From the sequence record MW822008.1: DNA of 64,000 nucleotides. One strand, given 5' to 3'. Shown here piece by piece: positions 39,736 to 48,537 of this stretch. The first letter of the stretch is position 1; every line of letters begins with the position of its first letter. The notes beneath the pieces were generated by a model that was not told where the DNA came from, did not search any database, and worked only from the letters and a program-made list of their open reading frames with translations. The translations under genes and the position numbers were made by a program.

Positions 39736-39924
39736 ATGAACACTTTTGAGTACTACTTCAATAAACTAAACCGCATAGAACAAAGTATGCACAACTCATT
39801 TATTCAGCACCATCAATCATCTGCATCTGGAATTAAAAATATATCGATTGAGATTATCACTACCCGTGTACTGTCATCTGAACGTTATATGTATATTGAT
39901 GTACTGAAACTCATCTCTATGTAA
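39736..39924 (+). CDS. micro-ORF array member 9
   Basis: MNTFEYY; YIDVLKLISM. Confidence 0.65.
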   Translation: MNTFEYYFNKLNRIEQSMHNSFIQHHQSSASGIKNISIEIITTRVLSSERYMYIDVLKLISM

Positions 39925-39932
39925 GGAATAAT

Positions 39933-40112
39933 ATGCAAGAATACTATATAGAACACATAAGCATTAAAGACCGTTTCATGTACGACACCTTCGTGAAGTA
40001 CTACAACCTGGCAACTAACAGTACTAAAAATATTAATCTCAATAGCTGCATTCATCACGCACTAACAAAAGATAATCCCTTCAGGGAAATCCTCGCACTA
40101 GCATCTGTATAA
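39933..40112 (+). CDS. micro-ORF array member 10 (59 aa, not in track)
   Basis: MQEYYIEHI...FREILALASV. Confidence 0.6.
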   Translation: MQEYYIEHISIKDRFMYDTFVKYYNLATNSTKNINLNSCIHHALTKDNPFREILALASV

Positions 40113-40122
40113 AGGAAACCAA

Positions 40123-40782
40123 ATGAAACTTAATGCACACAGCAAACAATACCTTAAGCACTTTAAGTACCTCAACAGTATTCAAGCAGAATCTTTTACA
40201 TCTGCATATACGTATCACCCAAATGTACTAAAGAAACGAAATAAAAAGAAAAAATCCAGAAATGTTCTCGTATCTAAGAACCTCAAATCGTACTTGAAGA
40301 AAAATAATATAGCTCTTGCTTTTATTAATATCTATAATACTGATTTAAAAGTATTGAGTACTAATACCAGCACAAAAGCACTAAAGAATGCATCTATCTA
40401 TATACACATGGATAATATCCCGTGCACTATAATTCTATCTTTCGGGAATGTATACTTCTTCGGGAATTGTAATAGCACCCATGATATCAGTACTGCACAA
40501 TTCCAAATCGGAGATATGTACTGCATGGGTTCAGAAAAAATACACGATAACATGCACTTCTTCCAAAAGCAACGTACTAACGAAACTGATACAGTACTGC
40601 AATTCCTCAAAGAACTACAAAACAAAGAATTATCAGAAGAAGATCTATTCATGTACAGTACTGTAATCGATAATCCAGGACTCTATAAAAACGCGTACAA
40701 ACTAACAAAACATGTACAGGAACTTATCAGTACTGATAAGAAATTTCATAACCTCATTACGTATATTTCAAACTATGTATAA
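40123..40782 (+). CDS. hypothetical protein, basic N-terminus/EExxFxxS family
   Basis: LSEEDLFMYSTVID; AAGGA RBS. Confidence 0.75.
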   Translation: MKLNAHSKQYLKHFKYLNSIQAESFTSAYTYHPNVLKKRNKKKKSRNVLVSKNLKSYLKKNNIALAFINIYNTDLKVLSTNTSTKALKNASIYIHMDNIPCTIILSFGNVYFFGNCNSTHDISTAQFQIGDMYCMGSEKIHDNMHFFQKQRTNETDTVLQFLKELQNKELSEEDLFMYSTVIDNPGLYKNAYKLTKHVQELISTDKKFHNLITYISNYV

Positions 40783-40957
40783 AGAATACTACAAAGATAA
40801 AATCCCAATGCATCTACAACACCATATACCAAACGTTGCATTGGGTATCAAAGAACACGCAAAGATAATGTTCCAACAATGTACTAAGTACACGCTCATA
40901 TACGATGATAATCCATATATGCTGTACTACGTAGTAATGCTAACATTCAGGTACTAA
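40775..40957 (+). CDS. micro-ORF array member 11
   Basis: start 40775; MYKEYYKDKIP. Confidence 0.65.
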   Translation: MYKEYYKDKIPMHLQHHIPNVALGIKEHAKIMFQQCTKYTLIYDDNPYMLYYVVMLTFRY

Positions 40958-40958
40958 T

Positions 40959-41138
40959 ATGCACAAATATAAAGAATTCTACCTCTCGTACCTTAATTCC
41001 GATATAGTAACATCCAATACCTTCAGTACTAAAATTATCTATAATGAATTAATGAAAGAATGTATTAAAGGTGCTATTAACCCTAAAGATACGTATGACT
41101 TGTACTATGCAGTACTAACCCTTGTTTTCACGAAATAA
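40959..41138 (+). CDS. micro-ORF array member 12 (59 aa, not in track)
   Basis: MHKYKEFYLSYL...YYAVLTLVF. Confidence 0.6.
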   Translation: MHKYKEFYLSYLNSDIVTSNTFSTKIIYNELMKECIKGAINPKDTYDLYYAVLTLVFTK

Positions 41139-41146
41139 CACATAAT

Positions 41147-41338
41147 ATGAATAACCACAAAGAATACTACATAGAGAAACTCCCAATGTATCTCCAACAT
41201 CTTGTACCAACAGAACCATTGCGTATAGAAAAAGACTACGAAAAAGACTACTTCGTTAAGTGCACTAAATCCTCGATAGATATTGAGGACTATAATCGAG
41301 TACTGTATCACATCCTTTTACTAATATATAAGTACTAA
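41147..41338 (+). CDS. micro-ORF array member 13
   Basis: MNNHKEYY. Confidence 0.65.
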   Translation: MNNHKEYYIEKLPMYLQHLVPTEPLRIEKDYEKDYFVKCTKSSIDIEDYNRVLYHILLLIYKY

Positions 41339-41339
41339 T

Positions 41340-41528
41340 ATGAATAACCACAAAGAATACTACATACAATTTCTCCCCAGTATTTTTGAACACTACGCCA
41401 GATATAAAGTCCCCCTGGATAACGATTTGGCAGTACTGGGATTCAATAACTGCATAGAACGAAGTATAGAAAATAGTAGTAGCTATGACCAATTATATAA
41501 CACTATCCTACTTATATTCAGGTACTAA
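41340..41528 (+). CDS. micro-ORF array member 14
   Basis: MNNHKEYY. Confidence 0.65.
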   Translation: MNNHKEYYIQFLPSIFEHYARYKVPLDNDLAVLGFNNCIERSIENSSSYDQLYNTILLIFRY

Positions 41529-41529
41529 T

Positions 41530-41718
41530 ATGCATAAAGAATACTACACAAAATATTTCCCAATGTACCTCAGTACTAATCTATTAGATAAACCTCGCGG
41601 TATCAATGCTCAAAACGATAAAGTGTACTTTACTATGTGCACTAAAGCATGTATACTAGATTTTGACAGCTATCATCGAGTACTGTATCATACCCTGTAC
41701 CTAGCTTTCGTGTACTAA
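41530..41718 (+). CDS. micro-ORF array member 15
   Basis: start 41530; MHKEYY. Confidence 0.65.
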   Translation: MHKEYYTKYFPMYLSTNLLDKPRGINAQNDKVYFTMCTKACILDFDSYHRVLYHTLYLAFVY

Positions 41719-41728
41719 AGAGGCCAAT

Positions 41729-41935
41729 ATGAACGAACAGAAAGAATTTTACACCAAACACCTCAGTGCATCAGAACAAATGTTTCTAAGGAGTGTATCA
41801 CCTTTAAGTTTAGATACACCACACGCCAGAGATTGCTTTAATAATTGTATACGTATTACTCTAGAAGCTTTAGAAAACAATAACAAAAATATTCAGTACT
41901 CAGGCGTAATGGGACTAATATTCTTCTATGAATAA
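41729..41935 (+). CDS. micro-ORF array member 16
   Basis: KEFYTKHLSASEQMFLR; near-duplicate of 42309. Confidence 0.65.
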   Translation: MNEQKEFYTKHLSASEQMFLRSVSPLSLDTPHARDCFNNCIRITLEALENNNKNIQYSGVMGLIFFYE

Positions 41936-42116
41936 CAAAGAATTCTACTTAAACCATCTGGAACTAAACTCCCAAATGCTTATACCACTAAAACCAATAG
42001 ATATCAAGGATAAGAAAAATACCAAACAATTCCACTACCACACACTATGTGCAATCAACCCAGATTATAATACATATAAACTGTACTACATTCTCGCCCT
42101 AATATACAGGTACTGA
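41928..42116 (+). CDS. micro-ORF array member 17
   Basis: MNNKEFY. Confidence 0.65.
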   Translation: MNNKEFYLNHLELNSQMLIPLKPIDIKDKKNTKQFHYHTLCAINPDYNTYKLYYILALIYRY

Positions 42117-42117
42117 T

Positions 42118-42303
42118 ATGCATAGAGAATACTACACACAATTTGTTAAAGGGAACTACAAACACGCCGTCCCCGTAAACCCCTTAAATTCTAATGACCC
42201 AAGTACTATATTCTTGTTCCATGACGCAATACGTACAGTACTCAATACTAAAGATGAACAGGTGCAGTACGTATTCTTACTATTACTTATATACAGACAC
42301 TAA
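42118..42303 (+). CDS. micro-ORF array member 18
   Basis: MHREYY. Confidence 0.65.
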   Translation: MHREYYTQFVKGNYKHAVPVNPLNSNDPSTIFLFHDAIRTVLNTKDEQVQYVFLLLLIYRH

Positions 42304-42308
42304 CTAAT

Positions 42309-42518
42309 ATGAATAAAGAACATAAAGAATACTACTCCAAACACCTCAGCCCCTCAGAACAAATGTTTCTAAGGACTACAGCACCTTTAAGTACTGATAC
42401 ATATTTCGGCAGATTATGCTACAATAATTGTATTCAAATGACTTTAAACGCAAACGACAATAATAACAGTACTAACCTGTACTCAGGCATCATAGGTATA
42501 CTATTTCTATATGAATAA
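42309..42518 (+). CDS. micro-ORF array member 19
   Basis: KEYYSKHLSPSEQMFLR. Confidence 0.65.
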   Translation: MNKEHKEYYSKHLSPSEQMFLRTTAPLSTDTYFGRLCYNNCIQMTLNANDNNNSTNLYSGIIGILFLYE

Positions 42519-42693
42519 AAAACATAAAGAGTACTATATAAGTAAACTAACATTCGTCCCCGTAAAAATATATAAAGAATGCGACCCAAGATTATACCTA
42601 TGGCACTTCAATGAGTGCATAAAAGATTCTATATACCATAAGAACTATAAAGAACAATTGATCTCAGTACTAACACTAGTACTATCATATTAA
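42511..42693 (+). CDS. micro-ORF array member 20
   Basis: HKEYYISKL. Confidence 0.65.
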   Translation: MNKKHKEYYISKLTFVPVKIYKECDPRLYLWHFNECIKDSIYHKNYKEQLISVLTLVLSY

Positions 42694-42706
42694 TAGAGAT
42701 AATACT

Positions 42707-42889
42707 ATGTATAAAGACTTCTATATAAGTAAACTAAAAGAAAATGAACAAATATGGATTAACAATCTAATCCCCCTACCAATGACTCAATACGAATTTA
42801 ATATGTGTACAAAGATTGTTTTAACTAGTAATGATATCTCTAATACGTACTACTTCCTATTAAGAGTACTATATGGTACTTTGAAATAA
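42707..42889 (+). CDS. micro-ORF array member 21
   Basis: MYKDFYISKL. Confidence 0.65.
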   Translation: MYKDFYISKLKENEQIWINNLIPLPMTQYEFNMCTKIVLTSNDISNTYYFLLRVLYGTLK

Positions 42890-42900
42890 TAAGGTATACT

Positions 42901-43107
42901 ATGCAGAACATAAAAAACTATAAAGAGTACTATATAAGTAAACTACCACCGACTGACCAAGCATGGATTAGATCTATAATAGTACTGGCATTTAATAGAT
43001 ATGCATTTAACAGATGTACCGAGATTGCTATAGACCCTTATAATATTAAAGAGAATGTACAGCATAATCAGTACTACTATATGTTAATGCTTATATATAG
43101 GAAGTAA
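42901..43107 (+). CDS. micro-ORF array member 22
   Basis: YKEYYISKLP. Confidence 0.65.
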   Translation: MQNIKNYKEYYISKLPPTDQAWIRSIIVLAFNRYAFNRCTEIAIDPYNIKENVQHNQYYYMLMLIYRK

Positions 43108-43230
43108 TTCAACATATAGACAGGGGAAGCTCCGCAGGGAAAGCATTGGACAGGCTTTAACATATGTTATATATGTTAAAATTCAGCCTGGACAAATGCG
43201 ATCACTAGGATTCTCCCCAGGCTAAACCCC

Positions 43231-43290
43231 GTAATCATATGTAGTCATAAGTAATCATATATAAACATTTATGTAATCATTTATAATCAT
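43231..43290 (+). repeat. ~10-bp phased GTAATCAT repeats
   Basis: copies at 43231, 43241 (variant), 43251, 43273, 43283 (variant). Confidence 0.7.
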
Positions 43291-43536
43291 TGTAGTGATT
43301 AGTATTGAGTACTAGAGTGTAATAGAGTACAGGAATGTGCACGTTTAATCAAGAACGTAGCAGTACTGCCCCAAAAGTATTCAGTACTGAAGGTGTCGAT
43401 ATCCCACTAAAGTAGGCAGAGGAAGTCTGCCGTACTTTTTAGTTTCCAAGCTCCTTTTCCATTTTTCAAATTACATCAAATGTAATCAAAAGTAATCACG
43501 CAATGATTAGTACTGAATTATTACTTTCACCTTAAT

Positions 43537-43578
43537 TTCAATTACCCTTTTACCCGTCGGGGTAAAATTCAATTACCC
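43537..43578. repeat. palindrome TTTTACCC-GTCG-GGGTAAAA flanked by direct repeats TTCAATTACCC
   Basis: read directly. Confidence 0.75.
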
Positions 43579-43994
43579 CTTGAGGCTCCAGAAAAAAGTT
43601 GGTTAGTACTCCATCCTAAATCTCGATCCTAAAAATTTTGGAGTACCTATGAAATAAAAGTTGGATCTTCGAAAGTTGAAATTTACGTTGGGACGTTTAT
43701 GATTTGTGGGATATAATGATGTTTGTAGACGGGTAGTTCTCAAGAATATCAGTACTGAATAATGAAAGAAAGTTATTGACATTATGATTCAGTACTGTAT
43801 AATGTTCTACATAGCTTCAAGGGTGATGAGTTGCTGCGAACAATTCATTTACTCTACCTCCTGTCGTGAGACAGTACAGAAAAGATAGTTCCTCCTGTGG
43901 TGGTACATCTTTTTGAACCTCATATGAAAATCGTAATAACAGTACTGATATTAACAGAATGGTGTCAGTACTGATTTTAATCTAAAGCATTATG

Positions 43995-44014
43995 CCACCA
44001 GCACAAGCTGGTGG
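43995..44014. other. back-to-back Chi sites CCACCAGC-acaa-GCTGGTGG
   Basis: exact E. coli Chi octamer in both orientations. Confidence 0.75.
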
Positions 44015-44200
44015 ATTCCCTCTAACAGTATTCAGTACTACATGATAGTCTTCATCCTCCTAGGGTAACATAGTGAGGGCTATGATGGCAGTACTGAATA
44101 CTCCCTTTCAAAAGATAGATCTATGGTATAGTACTGACGGATTTTGGGCGTAGTTACCCTGGATGGATTTTGGACGTAGATATGTCTAGCCCTCCAGAAG

Positions 44201-44326
44201 TCTGGAAGTAAAGATGGCTATCCATCTAGACGGCTAAACGGCTAGATTTCTGGATGGCTAGATGGCTAGACGTTTGGACGGCTAAACGGCTAGATGGTTA
44301 CACGTCTGGAAGTATAGACGGCTAAA
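44201..44326 (+). repeat. degenerate 8-bp tandem repeat (GGCTARAY)
   Basis: GGCTA at 44216, 44232, 44240, 44256, 44264, 44280, 44288, 44320, all on an 8-bp lattice. Confidence 0.8.
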
Positions 44327-44490
44327 TCAAAATTTTATTTTGTTTTTCCAATAGTTCCCCTACCGCGTGGGGATAGTTTCCCCGCAGTATCTGGAGTTAG
44401 ATTTTTCTGAATCTGGAATCATTATCTTATAAACTGGGGGCAATGTCAACGACCTGGACGGATATTTTTAAAAATTTTTTCAGTACTGAA

Positions 44491-44541
44491 TTTTGGGCGT
44501 AACTATGCACCCGGTGGGCTTGAGTCTTTCTCGACTTGATG
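44491..44541 (-). ncRNA. putative short RNA unit (CCCANNGGGUGC family), copy 1
   Basis: TTGCTT/TATAAT promoter on - strand, hairpin AGUC-GAGAAA-GACU, CCCACCGGGUGC, no ORF. Confidence 0.45.
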
Positions 44542-44644
44542 GAACTATTATACAGTACTGAAAAAATAAAGCAATACCCTGGAAGCAAAAAAGTTTTAAT
44601 TAATTTGCTTGCTATCCTGGGCCGGACTATGGTACTATATTTCA

Positions 44645-44696
44645 GTACTGAGAAAGTGCGTTTACCTGCTAGGGTGCGGGAGTGTATCCTTTTTTT
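44645..44696 (+). ncRNA. putative short RNA unit, copy 2
   Basis: GUACU-GAGAA-AGUGC, CCUGCUAGGGUGC, 3' hairpin plus U7 tract. Confidence 0.45.
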
Positions 44697-44706
44697 ATAT
44701 CTTGAA

Positions 44707-44756
44707 TTTTGGGCGTAATTTCGCACCCTCTGGGGTTTCCGCTTTCTCGCGTCTAT
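44707..44756 (-). ncRNA. putative short RNA unit, copy 3
   Basis: TTGACT/TATAAT, CGC-GAGAAA-GCG, CCCAGAGGGUGC; convergent with copy 2. Confidence 0.45.
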
Positions 44757-45166
44757 GTAGTAATTATACGCTTTTTCAGGATCAAGTCAATACCTAAAAA
44801 CAAAATAATTGAAAATAATTTAACGCGTTTAAACGGCCCGTAAAGCCCTGGAATGATTGGAATGGTGCAAATGTATAGCTTATGTGTATTAATGCGTTAG
44901 AATGCGTCTGAGGCCGTTTTACGGGGTATGGGGATGATTTGGTGGATTGATTCAGTACTGAATAATAGTACTACTATATAGAAAGATAGTTCCCCTGGAT
45001 GGTTGCAGTACTGAATGATAGTACTGAATAATAGTTCCCCTATATAGAAAGAAAACTATTTTAAAAGTATTTGTAGAAAGTACTTGCAAACTAAGTTTAA
45101 CGGCGTATAATGTTTTACATCGAGAGCGGGAACACTTCCCGCTACATATTACGAGAGATTAAAACG

Positions 45167-45529
45167 ATGGCGACTCAAATCACTAAAATTATTGCTAACC
45201 TGGTTAACTTTCGCGACGAGATGAAAGATCTTCCGGCAGAAACGGTAAAAATTCACATTTCAGCTTATCGGGAACTTATTGCAATGTTACCGCTTAAGCG
45301 TGAACAATACGCCGCGACCGTGATGCTTGATGCGATGATCCATAAGATGATCGCCAGTGATTTAACGATGGTTTATCAGTATATGGGCGAAAATTTCGCG
45401 GTGTATAGTAAACCAGTACCAGGAATGGAAAGTACAGAAGTATTACACGGTTTAAATTTAAAACAAGATGCATGGGATAATATGCCTCGTTTCCTGGTAT
45501 GGGCTGACAGTGGCAAAATTTACGAATAA
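45167..45529 (+). CDS. early hypothetical protein
   Basis: own promoter; true start ATG 45167. Confidence 0.75.
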   Translation: MATQITKIIANLVNFRDEMKDLPAETVKIHISAYRELIAMLPLKREQYAATVMLDAMIHKMIASDLTMVYQYMGENFAVYSKPVPGMESTEVLHGLNLKQDAWDNMPRFLVWADSGKIYE

Positions 45530-45623
45530 GTTTAATAAAGTACTTGCAAACTAAGTTTAAAAGCGTATAATACTTTACATCAGGTGGGGAATAGTTCCCC
45601 ACTATAATTAAGAGATTAATTTT

Positions 45624-45857
45624 ATGAGTACTATTTTAACTGTTTCTCAATCCGTTGCACTGACTGACCTATTAAACGCTTTAAGCCGTTGCACTGAGGT
45701 TGGCTTGTTTGATGTGGTTGACGTTGCACCGGACGTTATTAATCATTTTTGTGATGCGATGGAAGAATGTAAGGAAGATGATAGCCGTATGATGGCGGTC
45801 GCCTTTGAGGAAGTACAGCCGGGTGAGATCAAAGGTTTACCAGTACTGAAAAAATAG
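45624..45857 (+). CDS. early hypothetical protein
   Basis: own promoter, acidic. Confidence 0.75.
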   Translation: MSTILTVSQSVALTDLLNALSRCTEVGLFDVVDVAPDVINHFCDAMEECKEDDSRMMAVAFEEVQPGEIKGLPVLKK

Positions 45858-45939
45858 TACTTGCAAACTAAGTTTAAAAGCGTATAATACTTTCTATCAG
45901 GTGGTGAATAGTTCCCCACTATATAAGAGGATTAAAAAA

Positions 45940-46179
45940 ATGGCTAAATCAAAAATGTTCTTAGGTCACAAAAACAAAACTCATTGGAATGTAAGCCTTT
46001 GGATTAATAACGATGAGTCATTGTACCGGTTGGCCCAGGACTTTATTAATGATAGCACTAATCGCAATGATGCGGCCCGTCATATGATGCTATTTTTAGA
46101 ACAGACTGGACAAGATAAAACACCGGACGGATTCAAATATAGCACTACTGCGATCCGTGCGGCGATGGTTGGAATGTAA
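45940..46179 (+). CDS. early protein, GHKN..WNVSLWINN family
   Basis: paralogue of 47980; GAGG RBS. Confidence 0.8.
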   Translation: MAKSKMFLGHKNKTHWNVSLWINNDESLYRLAQDFINDSTNRNDAARHMMLFLEQTGQDKTPDGFKYSTTAIRAAMVGM

Positions 46180-46265
46180 TAGAATTTATTTAAAGTACTA
46201 TCATTTTTTTGCGATAGTACTTTATAATAGTGTTTTATTCATACACCAACGATAAGGGTAACAGC

Positions 46266-46532
46266 ATGAATATTAAGTATTTTGCGACGCGTGAACAAGC
46301 TCGGATCGCCGCACGCCAGGACGGGGCAACGTTTAAAGATATGGGAGCGGGATCGGCAAGTGGTGAACGTTGGGCCATTGTAAAGCGTAGTACCGCCAGA
46401 TCATTACAGTACTGGTTAGCGGCGTTAAAAAGTCCCGATAGTGTATCGCGTCGAGTGGTAGAAATAAAGCTCGACCGAAAGGGCAACCGCGTGACCGTGT
46501 ACCGTACTAAAAAGATTGCAGTACTTGAATAA
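46266..46532 (+). CDS. early protein, ATRE.AR family
   Basis: paralogue of 58638. Confidence 0.75.
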   Translation: MNIKYFATREQARIAARQDGATFKDMGAGSASGERWAIVKRSTARSLQYWLAALKSPDSVSRRVVEIKLDRKGNRVTVYRTKKIAVLE

Positions 46533-46619
46533 AAAGTACTTGCAAACTATGTTTAATGGCGTATAATGTTTTACATCGAGAGCGGGAACACTTCCCGCCT
46601 ATAACCTGGAGTAATAAAA

Positions 46620-46850
46620 ATGACTAATATGTATATGACTGAAGTTAAAACCGTAAAAGATACTACCACGAATAAAACTACTTACTTACAGCGGATCTGC
46701 GGTGTATGGCAACGTATCAGCAAATCAAAGTACTTTAAATTAACATCATATGCAAACCGTTCGGATTCATTCAGTACTGAAATAAAAGGTAATAAAGTAC
46801 ACCAATACGGCACTTATTATTATTATAGCCTGGACGCGATTGCAGTATAA
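46620..46850 (+). CDS. early hypothetical protein
   Basis: GGAG RBS, own promoter. Confidence 0.75.
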   Translation: MTNMYMTEVKTVKDTTTNKTTYLQRICGVWQRISKSKYFKLTSYANRSDSFSTEIKGNKVHQYGTYYYYSLDAIAV

Positions 46851-46914
46851 GCAGTTTACAAATCTTTACAATTGCCGGTATTGACTTATTTTGTCAGTAC
46901 TGGCATAATGTATT

Positions 46915-46960
46915 CATTGGCAGATAAGCCGTAGCCCATAGGGTGCGGGAGTGTATCTAT
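46915..46960 (+). ncRNA. putative short RNA unit, copy 4
   Basis: TTGACT-17-CATAAT, GGC-AGAUAA-GCC, CCCAUAGGGUGC. Confidence 0.45.
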
Positions 46961-46977
46961 AGAAAAAGTAGTTTATT

Positions 46978-47019
46978 ACAGTTACAATTGTGCACCCGGT
47001 GGGTTAGCTGTTGTCATGG
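46978..47019 (-). ncRNA. putative short RNA unit, copy 5
   Basis: TTGACA-17-CATAAT on - strand, CCCACCGGGUGCA; convergent with copy 4. Confidence 0.45.
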
Positions 47020-47133
47020 GGTATATTATGCCAGTACTTGATAATGCTGTCAATACTTTTTTTACTATTCAGTACTGAAAACTATTTTTAAAAAGTACTT
47101 GCAAACTATGTTTAAAGGCGTATAATGTTTTAC

Positions 47134-47208
47134 ATCAGGACGGGGAACGAAATAAGTAACTCCCCGTTAAGTAGCCCAGGAGTAAGGCACACGAAAAACT
47201 CCCCTGAT
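47134..47208 (+). ncRNA. putative 75-nt structured RNA (three-way junction), copy A
   Basis: AUCAGG/CCUGAU closing stem, ACGGGGA/UCCCCGU, GGAGU/ACUCC; between tandem promoters. Confidence 0.5.
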
Positions 47209-47276
47209 AAAATAGTTTGACAAATGTTTTTAAAAGCGTATAATACTTACATCAACTACTGAATGAGGGTTACAAA

Positions 47277-47888
47277 ATGAAAACTATCACTACTACTACT
47301 TTCGTTATGGATTTTTCTGAATTGAACGCAGAACAAAAAACGTCAGCTATCGAACTGGTTCGGGAACGTGAAAAAAACTTAAACGATGATTATTTTTCTG
47401 AAAGTGAAATTGAATACTATAAAGAAACAGTACTACCGGAATATGGCATTAATGACGCTGATTTACGTTTCAGTGGCTTTTGGTCCCAGGGTGACGGTGC
47501 ATCAATCAGTACTGACCACGTTGACGCAGTGAAGTTTTTACGCAAGGTAAGAGCATTAACTAAGTATCGCTCAATCCGTCACTTGCTGAATGAAGATGAT
47601 TTGGCGATGAGTGTAAAGCGTTCTCACTCCCACTACTCGCATGAAAACACTGTAAGCGGGTACATTGAATCGGCTTACACTGATTTAACCGCAAAACAAG
47701 AAACGTTAGTTAATGAGCTTGAGGAACTACTCACTGAAACTATTCGTGAATTATCCCGCAAGTTGTACCGTGATTTAGAGAATGCATATGAGGATCAATT
47801 CACTACTGAAAACATTACGGCACTGATTGAGGGTAACGAATATCAATTCAATGTTATTGATGGCGTAGTAGAATCAATCGAATATTAA
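47277..47888 (+). CDS. conserved mobile-element early protein (FSGFWSQGDGA motif)
   Basis: motif seen directly; function unknown. Confidence 0.75.
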   Translation: MKTITTTTFVMDFSELNAEQKTSAIELVREREKNLNDDYFSESEIEYYKETVLPEYGINDADLRFSGFWSQGDGASISTDHVDAVKFLRKVRALTKYRSIRHLLNEDDLAMSVKRSHSHYSHENTVSGYIESAYTDLTAKQETLVNELEELLTETIRELSRKLYRDLENAYEDQFTTENITALIEGNEYQFNVIDGVVESIEY

Positions 47889-47979
47889 TTTAAAAAAGTA
47901 CTTGCAAACTAAGTTTAAAAGCGTATAATACTTTATATCGAGGCGGGGAGTGGTTCCCCGCTCAAACGAGGATTTAAAA

Positions 47980-48219
47980 ATGGCTAGTTCTAAAACTTAC
48001 AACGGGCACAAAAACAAAACTCAATGGAATGTAAGCCTTTGGATTAATAACGGTGAGTCATTGTATCGGCTTGCACAAAGTTGTATCGCACAAAGTAGAA
48101 CTAAAGATATTGCAGCGGAATGTATGTACCGCAGATTAAAAGCCAACGGTACTACTACAACGCCGGACGGTTTTAAGTATAGCACTACTGCGATCCGTGC
48201 TGCAATGGTTGGAATGTAA
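47980..48219 (+). CDS. early protein, GHKN..WNVSLWINN family
   Basis: paralogue of 45940. Confidence 0.8.
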   Translation: MASSKTYNGHKNKTQWNVSLWINNGESLYRLAQSCIAQSRTKDIAAECMYRRLKANGTTTTPDGFKYSTTAIRAAMVGM

Positions 48220-48276
48220 TATTCAGTACTGAGATAATGGCGGGTAATAGTTCCCGCCTTTACTGAGGGTTATCTA

Positions 48277-48537
48277 ATGAGTAAAGTAATAAAGTACAAT
48301 GTGTTAAGCAAATCATTGTCTATCAGTGAATGCACCGATGGTTTTTGGATGTACGATGAAACGCGTGGCATGAATTTAGCTATGCGTGCAAAAACTGCTG
48401 AGGCGGCGTATATTCAAGCACTGGAATACTACCAGGAACGTTTAAAGGAAGTAGAAGAAGATTATAAAAGCCTCAAAGCGAAAGTAGATCATTTCGTCGG
48501 TCAATTCATCGAGGAAGACGACGACAAACAATATTGA
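48277..48537 (+). CDS. conserved phage hypothetical protein
   Basis: GFWMYDETRGMNLAMRAKT, coiled-coil tail. Confidence 0.75.
   Translation: MSKVIKYNVLSKSLSISECTDGFWMYDETRGMNLAMRAKTAEAAYIQALEYYQERLKEVEEDYKSLKAKVDHFVGQFIEEDDDKQY

Larger units (their letters stand above)
43108..45083. other. ~2-kb non-coding region, probable genome terminus / terminal-repeat boundary or replication origin
   Basis: no credible gene; phased repeats, palindromes, skew flip, Chi pair; boundary between gene blocks. Confidence 0.55.

Noticed and set aside
44352-44380. TAGTTCCCC-N8-GGGGATA resembles the type I-E CRISPR repeat (possible RNA anti-CRISPR)
   Set aside because: Only ~17/29 identity, the ATAAACCG handle and inner stem are not kept, and ATAGTTCCCC is the phage's own leader motif; single copy, no spacers.
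44427-44797. ORFs 44427-44726 (-), 44536-44718 and 44609-44797 (+)
   Set aside because: No RBS; they run through promoters and the RNA-like units.
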